DNA of 64,000 bases from Gemmatimonadota bacterium. Its GTDB lineage: Bacteria; Gemmatimonadota; Gemmatimonadetes; Gemmatimonadales; GWC2-71-9. Shown here piece after piece: positions 1 through 9,055 of this stretch. The notes below the pieces were generated by a model. That model was not told the DNA's origin. It searched no databases and saw nothing but the letters and a program-made list of their open reading frames with translations. The stretch is taken from the NCBI GenBank assembly GCA_036679605.1, contig JAZDCZ010000040.1:1-64000 (forward strand), given 5' to 3'. Position 1 is the stretch's first letter. Every line of letters starts with the position of its first letter. The translations under genes and the position numbers were made by a program.

Positions 1-542
1 GTCACGCTCTTCGCTAGAGGGTTCGGCGGCTTTGACTGATGCTAATGCGGGATTTCGGCGATTTACTGGTGATTGGAGGGCGAAATGTCGCGTTTTGACT
101 ATGGCGTGTCGCGTCTTGCTGATGCGCGGGCCGGTGGGGTTACCCTATCATATAATCCGTTCGGGAAGGCAAGGCCCTCGTTCAGCGGTGTCGACCCCGG
201 GCAGGCAACCGTGAAGAGCCGAGTCTTCGGGGATGGGGAGCGCATGTACAGTGAGTCTAAAGGTTGGATGCCACGAGTGCTGTTCTGTGGGGGTCTCGGA
301 GCCAAAGAGACAAGTTGATCAAACGACGTCATGCGAAAGTCTAGCGAACTTGTCCCCAGACGACAGAATGGCAAAGATCGGTATGGCGACAAAATTCCAC
401 CGCGTCATACGACAGGCATGCCTGGTCGCCGATCAAATGGCACTGGACGAGTGTTGCCCGCCGTGGAGCGAGTGAAGCGGCGTTCGCGATGAACTGTGTT
501 GCGCGATCTATCGGTAACAATCCCAATCAAAAGGAGGCAGGT

Positions 543-758
543 ATGAAACACAGACGAATTCGGTTACTTGCGAGCGTAGTCATGGCGATGGCTTCGGCTA
601 CGGCACTTACACCAGAGGTCGCGATGGCGGAAACAATCTGCCAGTGTACGCCAATTTCAGGACTATGCAACTGCTGTTCGTGGAATGGAGACGAGTTCGA
701 GGGCTGCGGCATCGTCGGTGCGTGTAGCCTTCCCCCCTGCAGGGAGGAGCCACAATAA
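543..758 (+). CDS. Small secreted cysteine-rich peptide (71 aa; ~29-aa signal peptide, 42-aa mature part with 8 Cys)
   Basis: AAGGAGG RBS upstream of ATG 543; basic N-terminus MKHRRIR, hydrophobic stretch, AMA cleavage site; mature ETICQCTPISGLCNCCSWNGDEFEGCGIVGACSLPPCREEPQ. Confidence 0.8.
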   Translation: MKHRRIRLLASVVMAMASATALTPEVAMAETICQCTPISGLCNCCSWNGDEFEGCGIVGACSLPPCREEPQ

Positions 759-840
759 TACACATCATTTGGAAGGCGTGTCCCTCTTAGGGCCACGCCT
801 TCCGCACCTTCCAACGACGCAACGCCCGAGAGGTCTCCAA

Positions 841-1485
841 TTGAAAAAGGAAATCTTGTCGAATGTGATAACGGGTGCGCTAGTTGTTGCAGCCCTCGTT
901 ATGAGTGTTAGCGCTGTAAGGCGCAGTCTGATAACTAACCGCCGTGGTCCATCCATTTCAGAACCCCGCAAGCTCGACACGGACTACGAGCTGACGTCAG
1001 TTGGTCATGTGATCGGCCCGGAAAAAGCATCGGTGAAGATTGTCGAGTTCTCTGATTTTCAATGTCCCGGCTGCGGGGCCATGCAACGCATACTCGCCGT
1101 ATTGCGTGAGCGACACCCAGATGTGGCTGTTGTCTTTCGGCATTGGCCATTACGGCGCATCCATCCGCATGCTTACTCAGCAGCGCTCGCCGCCGAGTGT
1201 GCAGGCGAGCAGGGACGCTTCGAACCATATGCGGATGCGTTGTATGGCGAACAGTGGAGAATCGGAGTCAAACCATGGGATGCGTTCGCTCGCGATGTGG
1301 GTGTTCAGGATCTCGCAGGGTTTCAGCAGTGTCTTGATGAGGCTCGTTACGCGAACATTGTGACACGAGACTTGGAAACAGCAGAGGAATTGCAGCTGTC
1401 GGCGACGCCGACTATAATTGTGAACGGGTTCGTTCTTGTGGCACCCCCGCTTGCAATGATCGAGGACTATATCCAACGGAGGTGA
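841..1485 (+). CDS. DsbA-family (thioredoxin_4-like) membrane-anchored thiol-disulfide oxidoreductase
   Basis: N-terminal TM helix; IVEFSDFQCPGC active site; HWPL and ATP cis-Pro motifs; TTG start inferred. Confidence 0.85.
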   Translation: MKKEILSNVITGALVVAALVMSVSAVRRSLITNRRGPSISEPRKLDTDYELTSVGHVIGPEKASVKIVEFSDFQCPGCGAMQRILAVLRERHPDVAVVFRHWPLRRIHPHAYSAALAAECAGEQGRFEPYADALYGEQWRIGVKPWDAFARDVGVQDLAGFQQCLDEARYANIVTRDLETAEELQLSATPTIIVNGFVLVAPPLAMIEDYIQRR

Positions 1486-2729
1486 CAGTGCCGGCGCAAC
1501 GACGAGGCTTGCGGCGACAGGCTGTCATAGCGTTTGCGACGGCCACGCTGCTTGGTTGTAATCGGGCAACATCGGAGAGTCGGTCTGCTCGAGTCCTTAG
1601 TTACGATGCTCCGGACACAGTGATCAATTCGCTCCGAGGAGTGTGGTCTAAGGGATCCGCTTGGCAGGTTGTAGAGGATCTGGCTATTGGGACCCGAGAC
1701 GGTCCCCCGGAATACTCGTTCTTCGGCCCCCTGCTAGTGAATGTTGATTCGCAGGGGCGAGTCTATGTCCTGGTCGTGACGGCCGGTCAGGTCCATGTCT
1801 TCGACACAGCAGGCGAGTTTCTCTATGCGTTCGGCGGCATCGGGAAGGGACCCGCGGAATTTCAAGTGCCGTCAGGGCTCACGATCATCGGCGACACAAT
1901 GCTTGCCGTCATCGATCAACGCCTGCAAAAGCTCGCTTTGTTTACTATGGCTGGCGAGCTGATCAGTACGGCCGAGACCGACATTCGTCCTTTTCGGGAT
2001 GGCTGGGTGAGACGCGTGATGGGACTGGACGGGCGAACAGTGCTTGTCGAAACTTTCCATGGTTGGCTGTACCCGAGTCCAGGCAAACACGATGGCATGG
2101 GCCGGCTCATTGTACTCGCGCTAGACGGTGCAGTGGTTGACACGTTCGCCCTATTCAGCGGTCCCGCTGTCACGATAGATCGTGAGCATAGCCGTCACCC
2201 GGAAGTCTTTTTTCGGCCGTTTGCACCCGCCGTCTACTGGGGAGTTACGACGGAAGGTCATGTAGGCTTCGGCCGAAGTGACGAGTACCGGATTACCGAG
2301 TACACTAAAGATGCCCAGCCAGTTCGGATGGTCCGACGAGATGTTGCACCGCGCCCGGTATCCAAATCAGATGTCGATGTTTATCGAGACGAATTTCCGA
2401 ACGGAAGAGGCAGGGACGGGCTCAAGCCACGAGATCGTCGCTTCGTTGAAGGTATACTGACACAGATGGATATGCCGTTGGCGTGGCCGGCGTTCGATGC
2501 TATCGAGTATGATGACCTCGGGAATCTGTGGGTGCGGCTGTCGGGAGGATCTGCCGAGGCCGTTAGGAAATGGGACGTGTTTGACAACCAGCGTCGGTAT
2601 CTCGGTGTCGTACAGGTCCCCGCTGACCTGAAGATCCACAAGATCTCGGCGAGTGCCATATACGGTGTGTCGCACGATGAATTGGGAGTTCCTTACGTCA
2701 AGCGTTACCGAATCAAACAAACGCCATGA
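1482..2729 (+). CDS. 6-bladed beta-propeller (NHL/TolB-like) lipoprotein
   Basis: Lipobox LLGC; GKGPAEFQVP, VDSQGRVYV, DDLGNLWV and WDVFD..RYLG motifs; C-terminal DELGVPYVKRY; GTGA overlap with the DsbA gene. Confidence 0.85.
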   Translation: MTVPAQRRGLRRQAVIAFATATLLGCNRATSESRSARVLSYDAPDTVINSLRGVWSKGSAWQVVEDLAIGTRDGPPEYSFFGPLLVNVDSQGRVYVLVVTAGQVHVFDTAGEFLYAFGGIGKGPAEFQVPSGLTIIGDTMLAVIDQRLQKLALFTMAGELISTAETDIRPFRDGWVRRVMGLDGRTVLVETFHGWLYPSPGKHDGMGRLIVLALDGAVVDTFALFSGPAVTIDREHSRHPEVFFRPFAPAVYWGVTTEGHVGFGRSDEYRITEYTKDAQPVRMVRRDVAPRPVSKSDVDVYRDEFPNGRGRDGLKPRDRRFVEGILTQMDMPLAWPAFDAIEYDDLGNLWVRLSGGSAEAVRKWDVFDNQRRYLGVVQVPADLKIHKISASAIYGVSHDELGVPYVKRYRIKQTP

Positions 2730-2829
2730 TAATGTTGCTGCCAGAGAGTGGCGTCCTCTTAGGACGCTTTGCTCGGCCGAGCCCGGTCTCGTCAGGCCGA
2801 GACTCCTCTCGCAGCCCAAGCACTTCATT

Positions 2830-2870
2830 ATTCTACATTCCCTGTTCCCTGTTCGATATTCGATATTTCG
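2830..2870. repeat. Heptamer tandem tract (RTTCNNN: ATTCTAC ATTCCCT GTTCCCT GTTCGAT ATTCGAT)
   Basis: Read directly; three similar units recur at 5889-5909. Confidence 0.7.
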
Positions 2871-2894
2871 TCACTCCGACACCAACGGCACCCC
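2850..2894. repeat. Direct repeat copy A of the HAD nucleotidase gene 3' end plus downstream heptamers (copy B at 5888-5933)
   Basis: TGTTCGATATTCGATATTTCG-TCACTCCGACACCAACGGCACCCC vs TGTTCGAGATTCGATATTCAACTCACTCCGACACCAGCGGCACACC; both encode GVPLVSE* on the minus strand. Confidence 0.85.
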
Positions 2895-2895
2895 C

Positions 2896-3171
2896 GTGTT
2901 CGTGCCGGCAACGATCGCTCGAAGAGCTGCATGGGTCGAAGCGGCCAAAACAAGCCGTGCGCTTGAGCCTGCGCTTGCGTCACACGCCAGTCTCACTGCG
3001 GCCGATCGTTTCGAGCTTAGGAGGATCGAGGAGTTGGACGCAGTACCGTCTTCCTTCAATCAGTTCGGCGTAGACGTCTCCGGGTTCACCCAGGTGGACG
3101 CGGGAACCGTGCGGCTTGCTTCGGATCATGGCTCTGAGTGGTCCGCGCTTCGAATACGAGTCCGAAAATGA
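2896..3171 (+). pseudogene. 5'-truncated gene remnant of unknown function
   Basis: Protein-like frame ending ...EWSALRIRVRK* whose TGA overlaps the next ATG (ATGA 3168-3171); no plausible start right of the repeat junction. Confidence 0.45.
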
Positions 3172-4267
3172 CTGTCACGGTACTTCGCCTGCTCGGCAGC
3201 CTTGCGGTCGCCGCGCTGGTGGTTGCGTGCGACGATTCATCCCGCCTTTCTGCGTTCCCGGAACTCGCGAGTGCGGGTATGTTGGACGCGGGCGTGATTC
3301 CAGAAGCGGATTCCAACGACCGGATAGCACTCGGCGCACGATTGTTCGAGGATGTAGGTCTTTCGCGCGACTCAACGATCAGCTGCGCCACGTGCCACAT
3401 GCCTAGCCACGCCTTTGCGGAGCCGCGGGCCGTGAGTCATGGCATCGGCGAGCGCGCTCGAAAGCGCAATACTCCGTCACTCATCAACATAGGGGTGTTT
3501 CGATCGAGCTTCGATTGGGATGGCCGTGCGGCCACGCTGGAGGATCAACTGCACGGCGTGTTTGCGGTCACCGGCGATATGGGCATTGACCTGGGTGAGG
3601 CGGTGGCGCGAGTGAGGGAAGACAGCAGCTACGACATGGCTTTTCGCCGCGCCTACGGACGACGTCCGGACGTCGATGCCTTCCTGGACGCTCTCGTAGC
3701 CTTTCAGAGATCTCTGGTGGTAAGCGAGTCGCGGTTCGATCGATTCTATCTCGGTGGAGATTCCACGGCGCTTTCGGAGTCGGAGAAACGAGGTTGGCGT
3801 CTGTTTCGGAGCAATCAGGCGGGCTGCGCGGGTTGTCACGTTCCGCTACCGGATCGTGAGGTTTCGGGCGTGATGATCTTTAGGGACGCCAGGGTTCACA
3901 ATCTTGGCGTCGGGTATGAGACGGGCGTATGGAGGACGTCGGTCGCTACGGAGTGACTCGCCAGCCGCACGCTTGGGGCGCATTCATAACACCCCCTCTT
4001 AACAACGTCGCTTTGACTGCACCGTATATGCATGACGGGAGCCTGGCAACGTTGGAGGATGTTGTGGAGTTCTATGAGCACGGGGGCACTGGGAACCCAA
4101 ACATCGACCCGGTGATTGTTCGTAGAGAGCTCACAGAGCAGGATCGGGCGGATTTGGTGGCATTTCTTCGTGCGCTCACTACAGAATGGCTTGCCGATTC
4201 CCTCGCAGTTAGAGAACGGTTTCTCCGGTTCGATCGACACGCAGGCACGAATATGGATATTCAGTGA
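3168..4267 (+). pseudogene. Diheme cytochrome c peroxidase/MauG-family lipoprotein, frameshifted near 3920-3929
   Basis: Lipobox VVAC; CATCH and CAGCH heme motifs; RNTPSL and WDGRA; after the frameshift GAFITPPLNNVALTAPYMHDGSLATLEDVV; could be a sequencing error. Confidence 0.85.
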
Positions 4268-4323
4268 GATAGCTTCGTTGGCCAGATGCGGCTTTGACAT
4301 GGACAGAGGTTTCAGGAGAGACA

Positions 4324-5418
4324 ATGAGAGTCACGACGGTTTTGATGATGGCGGCGGCAACCACCGCACTTGGCTGTAACATGGCGGGTGACCAGGACGT
4401 GGGAATAGGCTCCGAAGTATCATGCCCGTCGTGCTCCATCGTCATCAATACGGTCGTCACGCTCGAGCATGTCTTCTTCACCGGGCCCTCGACGGCGATA
4501 GCCCGGGACTCGATCGGCATGTTCTACGTGGTAGACCGCACCGATGGTCTCTTGAAGGCCTTTGGCAGTGACGGCCGCCTCGTGCGGTCGATCGGCCGGC
4601 ACGGCGGAGGGCCCGGCGAATACGAGATGGTCCGCAATATACTTGTCGCGCGGGACGGCTCGATCCAAGTCCTAGACATGGTGTTGGGGCGTCGTAGCGT
4701 GTTCGGACGGGACGGTGAGGTCGTCAGCACCACCCGAGTCCCCCTTCCGCCAGCGTTTAGCCACTCTGCCGTGCTTCGCTCGGACGGTCAACTGGCCATC
4801 AGCGCAGTGAGCACGGCCGCCGCGGCGGGCTGGGTTAACGCGGTACAACTTATCGACGCAGAGGGGAATGTCACCAGTTCAGTCGATAAGACGCTGTTTG
4901 ATCGCAACGCACAATGGCGCCAGGAGCGCCTCCTGTGGGGACGGCAAAATGGCGAGTTGTTGGTGGCACGACCCTACTCCCTCACCATAGACGTGTACAC
5001 CTCAGATCTCACCAAGAAGGGGTCAATTACGCGAGTTGCAGATTGGTTTCCCTCGCGGGAACCCGAAGGGGAGCCAAGCGATGGACTGTTCGACGAGCCC
5101 TTGACGCCCCGTTTGATGGCGATCTGGGAAGACGGGCGGGGACTGCTTTGGTTTGAGGTGGTGGTGCCGTCTCCTTCATGGACGCCAAAGAGACGGGTGG
5201 CAGACCTAAGCAAGGAGGCCTATGCCAAGCTAGGCAGCAGGCCTCGGTTTGAGACGATCATCGAGGTTCTGGACGTGGAGCGTCGACGCGTCTTGGCTCG
5301 TTCCCGCTTTAACGATCACGTCGGCGTGGCCTTCGGAAGGGGCTTCTATGCAACCCCTGTGGAGGATTCGATCGGCGAACCCCATCTGCGCATCTCACAC
5401 ATTGAACTCAAACAATGA
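4324..5418 (+). CDS. 6-bladed beta-propeller lipoprotein
   Basis: AGGAG RBS; lipobox ALGC; CPSC; GRHGGGPGEY; EDGRGLLW; IEVLD; C-terminal DSIGEPHLRI. Confidence 0.85.
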   Translation: MRVTTVLMMAAATTALGCNMAGDQDVGIGSEVSCPSCSIVINTVVTLEHVFFTGPSTAIARDSIGMFYVVDRTDGLLKAFGSDGRLVRSIGRHGGGPGEYEMVRNILVARDGSIQVLDMVLGRRSVFGRDGEVVSTTRVPLPPAFSHSAVLRSDGQLAISAVSTAAAAGWVNAVQLIDAEGNVTSSVDKTLFDRNAQWRQERLLWGRQNGELLVARPYSLTIDVYTSDLTKKGSITRVADWFPSREPEGEPSDGLFDEPLTPRLMAIWEDGRGLLWFEVVVPSPSWTPKRRVADLSKEAYAKLGSRPRFETIIEVLDVERRRVLARSRFNDHVGVAFGRGFYATPVEDSIGEPHLRISHIELKQ

Positions 5419-5427
5419 GGAGGAGAC

Positions 5428-5885
5428 ATGAACAAGAAGAAGAGAGTCCTGGCCACTGCTGCCATGGTCGGAGTCCTGTATGCCGGGAGCGCTATTAGAC
5501 CAACCGTTGGAGAGGCCACGCTATGTTTCGCGTGCATAGACGGGTGAGACGAGTATGAGCAAGAATGGACGCATATTGACTTCTTTAACTTCATAAACTC
5601 CTTTCATGACGTTCAAAAGCACTCCGGCGAGACTATCGGCAAGTGCAATGTGCACTCCAATTACGAAGGTAGCGGTGTCCCCGAATGATGACCAACGAGG
5701 CCAATCGCTCGCGGAGGCGGCACTAGAGAGACACAACGAGGTTCTCCTCAATGTGCTCCTGGAGAAAGCACCTGCAGCGCTTAGCGCTGCAGGTGCTCGG
5801 CAACGGTGGAGCAACGGTCCTGCATGTACCGCTTACGGTCAGGCGAGATCGTGCAATCGCAAGAGGCGCTCTCGCAGGCGAATGA
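5428..5885 (+). pseudogene. Small secreted Cys/His-containing protein, interrupted by an in-frame TGA (5545-5547) and probably two frameshifts
   Basis: GGAGGAG RBS; MNKKKRVLATAAMVGVLYAGSAIRPTVGEA signal; TLCFACIDG*DEYEQEWTHIDFFNFINSFHDVQKHSGETIGKCNVH; protein-like continuation in +1 and +2 frames to TGA 5883-5885; absent from the ORF track. Confidence 0.6.
5767..5797. repeat. Perfect inverted repeat (15-bp arms, 1-nt centre)
   Basis: AGCACCTGCAGCGCT-T-AGCGCTGCAGGTGCT. Confidence 0.9.
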
Positions 5886-5909
5886 GGTGTTCGAGATTCG
5901 ATATTCAAC

Positions 5910-7388
5910 TCACTCCGACACCAGCGGCACACCATCCGGATCGTGTGGTAAGCTTCCCCGCGGCGCACGCAGATATACGAAGGGCGTGTGGTAAAGGAAG
6001 TTGGAGACCCGGGACAAGTAAATGTCTGCGTAGCGCTCGACCTGCCGCGCTAGATGGCTCTTGTCGTTGCCGGCACGCATGAGCGGCCCCCACCGGGAAT
6101 TGCCGATCGTAGCCGCTGCGGTCGCCAGCGGAGCGATCTCCTCGTCGAGTGCGTTGAGCTTGTTGCGCACCTGTGAAATTCGTTGATCGATTTGTTTGAT
6201 GGAGGTCTTCCGGGTAGGTCCGTAAGCACGGCGCTTGCGCTGAATGTCCAACCGCAGGCGCGATGACTGAAACTCGAGCCGCTCCTTCTGAATCATCAAT
6301 CGCGAGAGATGCTTCTGCTGATTTTCGAACGCGGCCATCTCCGACAAATCCGATTCCAACTCGCGCAACACGAGCGCCGTACGCCATTGCAGGATGTTCT
6401 TGGAGACGTGGACGTCGGTGAAGAGATGGTCCCCGACGTAGAGAATCTCGTCGCCCGACAGGCCGAGGTACTGTTCGACCAACGACGCGCTGCCGCCGAG
6501 GTATATGCCCGGTGACTCGAGGCCCAATGGACAGATTTCCAGAAGACCTTCTTCGCTTACGACGCGGAATAACGGGCTGGGTGTGGTGAAGAAAGCAGGC
6601 TTCCTGGACGCCACGATCACCACTTCGAATAGATCCCGCCACGTCATCTCGCCGGGCAGGTACTCGTTGAACGCGTAGTCCATCATCGTTCGCGTGTAGT
6701 ACCACTCGGAGTTGGTGATCAACAAGAGTTTCTTGCCGGCGTGTAACTGATCGAGCAACGTGAGCGGAGTGTCCGGGTCCAGCTCGATGAAGCGATCGGG
6801 GTCGGCGATTATCTCGGCCTTCAAACGGCCCTCCATGTGGGCCTCGTCGATCGACGATCTGCAGCGGCGATATAGATCGAAGTATCCCAACACTCCGGGC
6901 AACTCGCCCGCGTCCAGCAGATCGACCAATTGAGCGAACATCGAGGCTTCGGATACCGAAAAGAAGGTGTTCAAGAACACCCAACGCTTCTCCGCTAGAT
7001 CCACCAACGTGCCCCCGTATTGCGCGCGCAGTTCGTGATGCTCGAGTCTGCGCGTACCGTGATACGCTCGCTTGATATAGCCGAACCGGTTGGCCTTGAG
7101 CGTGTTCCCCGACTCTACATCGAGTACCAATCCGCGAATCACCAGGTCCGGATCGAACTGCAAATCCTGAACGGGCCACTTCAAATCCTGCAGCTTGGCT
7201 TTCAGGTACTCGTAGGCTCGTCGTTCCCATTCCTCCACTCGATAGTGGACCAACGTGTAGTCCATGTCATAGCCGATCGCCCTAATCGAGCGGAGATTGA
7301 GCGTGCGGTTGCAGAAGATCCCGCGTTCGCGATCGATTTTGAGTGAGATTGCGCGGTGGCCTGATGTGCGTTGTGCCACTCTGTTCAT
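5910..7388 (-). CDS. HAD-IG family 5'-nucleotidase (cN-II-like)
   Basis: IGYDMDYTLVHY, LITNS, ASRKP and YVGDHLFTDV motifs; RYADIY. Confidence 0.93.
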   Translation of the reverse strand: MNRVAQRTSGHRAISLKIDRERGIFCNRTLNLRSIRAIGYDMDYTLVHYRVEEWERRAYEYLKAKLQDLKWPVQDLQFDPDLVIRGLVLDVESGNTLKANRFGYIKRAYHGTRRLEHHELRAQYGGTLVDLAEKRWVFLNTFFSVSEASMFAQLVDLLDAGELPGVLGYFDLYRRCRSSIDEAHMEGRLKAEIIADPDRFIELDPDTPLTLLDQLHAGKKLLLITNSEWYYTRTMMDYAFNEYLPGEMTWRDLFEVVIVASRKPAFFTTPSPLFRVVSEEGLLEICPLGLESPGIYLGGSASLVEQYLGLSGDEILYVGDHLFTDVHVSKNILQWRTALVLRELESDLSEMAAFENQQKHLSRLMIQKERLEFQSSRLRLDIQRKRRAYGPTRKTSIKQIDQRISQVRNKLNALDEEIAPLATAAATIGNSRWGPLMRAGNDKSHLARQVERYADIYLSRVSNFLYHTPFVYLRAPRGSLPHDPDGVPLVSE

Positions 7389-8188
7389 GCCTCCGGTTTC
7401 GCTCTGACGAAGTGGTTGAGTGGTCCGTGCCCCTGCCCGTTCCCGATGCCGGGTGCCGTTGCAATGCCTCGTTGGACGAAATCTACAGCGGCGGCGGTCG
7501 CGGTCTCTACATCTGCCCCCAGTGCCAACCCTGCGGCAATGGCTGCGGAAAGAGTGCAGCCGGTACCATGAGTGGATGTCGTGTCAATCTTCTCGTGCGT
7601 GAAATGTCGCGTCACATTCTCCGCAACAAGAACGTCTACGATCTCATCGTCTCTCAGATGACCTCCCTTGATTAATGCCGCACCGGCGCCCATGCCGACG
7701 AGGGCCTTTCCCGCTTCCTCCATTCGTTCCACGGTATCGACTTGGGCTTCCACGAGTATTGTTGCCTCGGCGAGGTTCGGGGTCACCAGTGTGGCAAGTG
7801 GCACAAGAGCATCCCTTAACCTACGCTCCGCTGCCGCATCGAGGAGACGGTCGCCCGATGTTGCTACCATCACCGGGTCGAGCACGTAGTTGGCGAGTTT
7901 ACGCTCAGCCATTTCACGGGCTACCAATTCCACTATCCCCAAAGTCCCGAGCATGCCGGTTTTTACTGCGTCCGGCTCGAGATCGTTGGCAACTGCTTTC
8001 AGCTGAGCCGTGACGGTTTCCTCGGGAATGGAGTGGATTGCGAAGACGCCCAGTGTATTCTGTGCCGTCACTGCAGTCACAACGCATGTGCCGAATACAC
8101 CGAATTGATGGAACGTCTTGAGATCGGCTTGGATGCCGGCCCCGCCCCCGGAGTCGGAACCGGCGATGGTAAGTGCTATCTTCATCAC
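7385..8188 (-). CDS. thiD: Hydroxymethylpyrimidine/phosphomethylpyrimidine kinase
   Basis: [39 protein letters not shown]. Confidence 0.96.
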   Translation of the reverse strand: MMKIALTIAGSDSGGGAGIQADLKTFHQFGVFGTCVVTAVTAQNTLGVFAIHSIPEETVTAQLKAVANDLEPDAVKTGMLGTLGIVELVAREMAERKLANYVLDPVMVATSGDRLLDAAAERRLRDALVPLATLVTPNLAEATILVEAQVDTVERMEEAGKALVGMGAGAALIKGGHLRDDEIVDVLVAENVTRHFTHEKIDTTSTHGTGCTLSAAIAAGLALGADVETATAAAVDFVQRGIATAPGIGNGQGHGPLNHFVRAKPEA

Positions 8189-8287
8189 TAGTGCTTGGCG
8201 AGTAGGCCTGTTCGCAACAGATTGACTGGTTTCCTATCGTGGACCGGCATGCCGAACCGCATCTGATAAATGCATGGAGCGAGTTTC

Positions 8288-9055
8288 ATGGCGTCGAGTC
8301 TGGTTACACTGGCACGGAATCTACAACAGCGGAAGGTCCGGAAGCGCAAAGGTCTTGCGGTGGCGGAGGGAGTGCGCTTAGTAGAGGAGGCGCTTCAGTC
8401 CGGCATATCTATTCAGGGTGCTCTCGCCAGCAGGTCCCTTGAGACCGCGCAGCGGGGAGCCGAGTTGCTGGAAGAACTGGCGGCGCGCAGCGTAACCATC
8501 GACCGGGTAGACGACAGTACTCTGGCCGATCTAGCCGACACCGAGACGCCGCAGGGTATCCTGGCGATTGTCGAGCCGCCGATCGTTTCGGTGGACTCGA
8601 TCCTGCCCAGACCCGGCGCGCCCGTCATCGTGTTGGATGCTGTGCAGGATCCGGGCAATGCGGGTACGCTGTTGCGAACTGCGTTCGGGTTGGGCGCAGG
8701 AGGAGCGATCCTGCTCAGAGGATCCGCAGATCTGACCAATCCCAAGGTCTTGCGGGCGGCCATGGGTGCGAGCTTCCAACTACCCGTGGCGCGTGCCACG
8801 CAGCTGGAATTCGCCGAGTGGGTGGAGACAACCCAGACGGACATTTGGGTTGCCGCCATCAGCGGTACGCCACTAGAGCAGATAGCAAAGCCCATTCAAG
8901 TCACCTTCGTGGTGGGCAACGAAGGCGCTGGCGTGCGCGACGAGATCGCCCGGCACGCAAGCCAGCGGGTTGCGATCCCGCTCGCCCGGGGGGCCGAGTC
9001 ACTCAACGTGGCGATTGCCGCGGGGATCATTCTCTATGAGATCCAGCGTGGTTGA
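8288..9055 (+). CDS. TrmH/SpoU-family RNA methyltransferase
   Basis: DAVQDPGNAGTLLRTA, VGNEGAG, ESLNVAIA. Confidence 0.93.
   Translation: MASSLVTLARNLQQRKVRKRKGLAVAEGVRLVEEALQSGISIQGALASRSLETAQRGAELLEELAARSVTIDRVDDSTLADLADTETPQGILAIVEPPIVSVDSILPRPGAPVIVLDAVQDPGNAGTLLRTAFGLGAGGAILLRGSADLTNPKVLRAAMGASFQLPVARATQLEFAEWVETTQTDIWVAAISGTPLEQIAKPIQVTFVVGNEGAGVRDEIARHASQRVAIPLARGAESLNVAIAAGIILYEIQRG

Noticed and set aside
1..480. Short ORFs at the window start (e.g. 73-318, 233-475)
   Set aside because: No clear RBS, motifs or consistent frame; treated as intergenic or regulatory sequence.
2871..3059. 62-aa minus-strand ORF ending in GVPLVSE
   Set aside because: Only the last 7 codons are meaningful (the duplicated gene end); the rest is antisense to the plus-strand remnant.
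5905..7230. 441-aa alternative-frame ORF
   Set aside because: Arg-rich off-frame shadow within the HAD nucleotidase gene.
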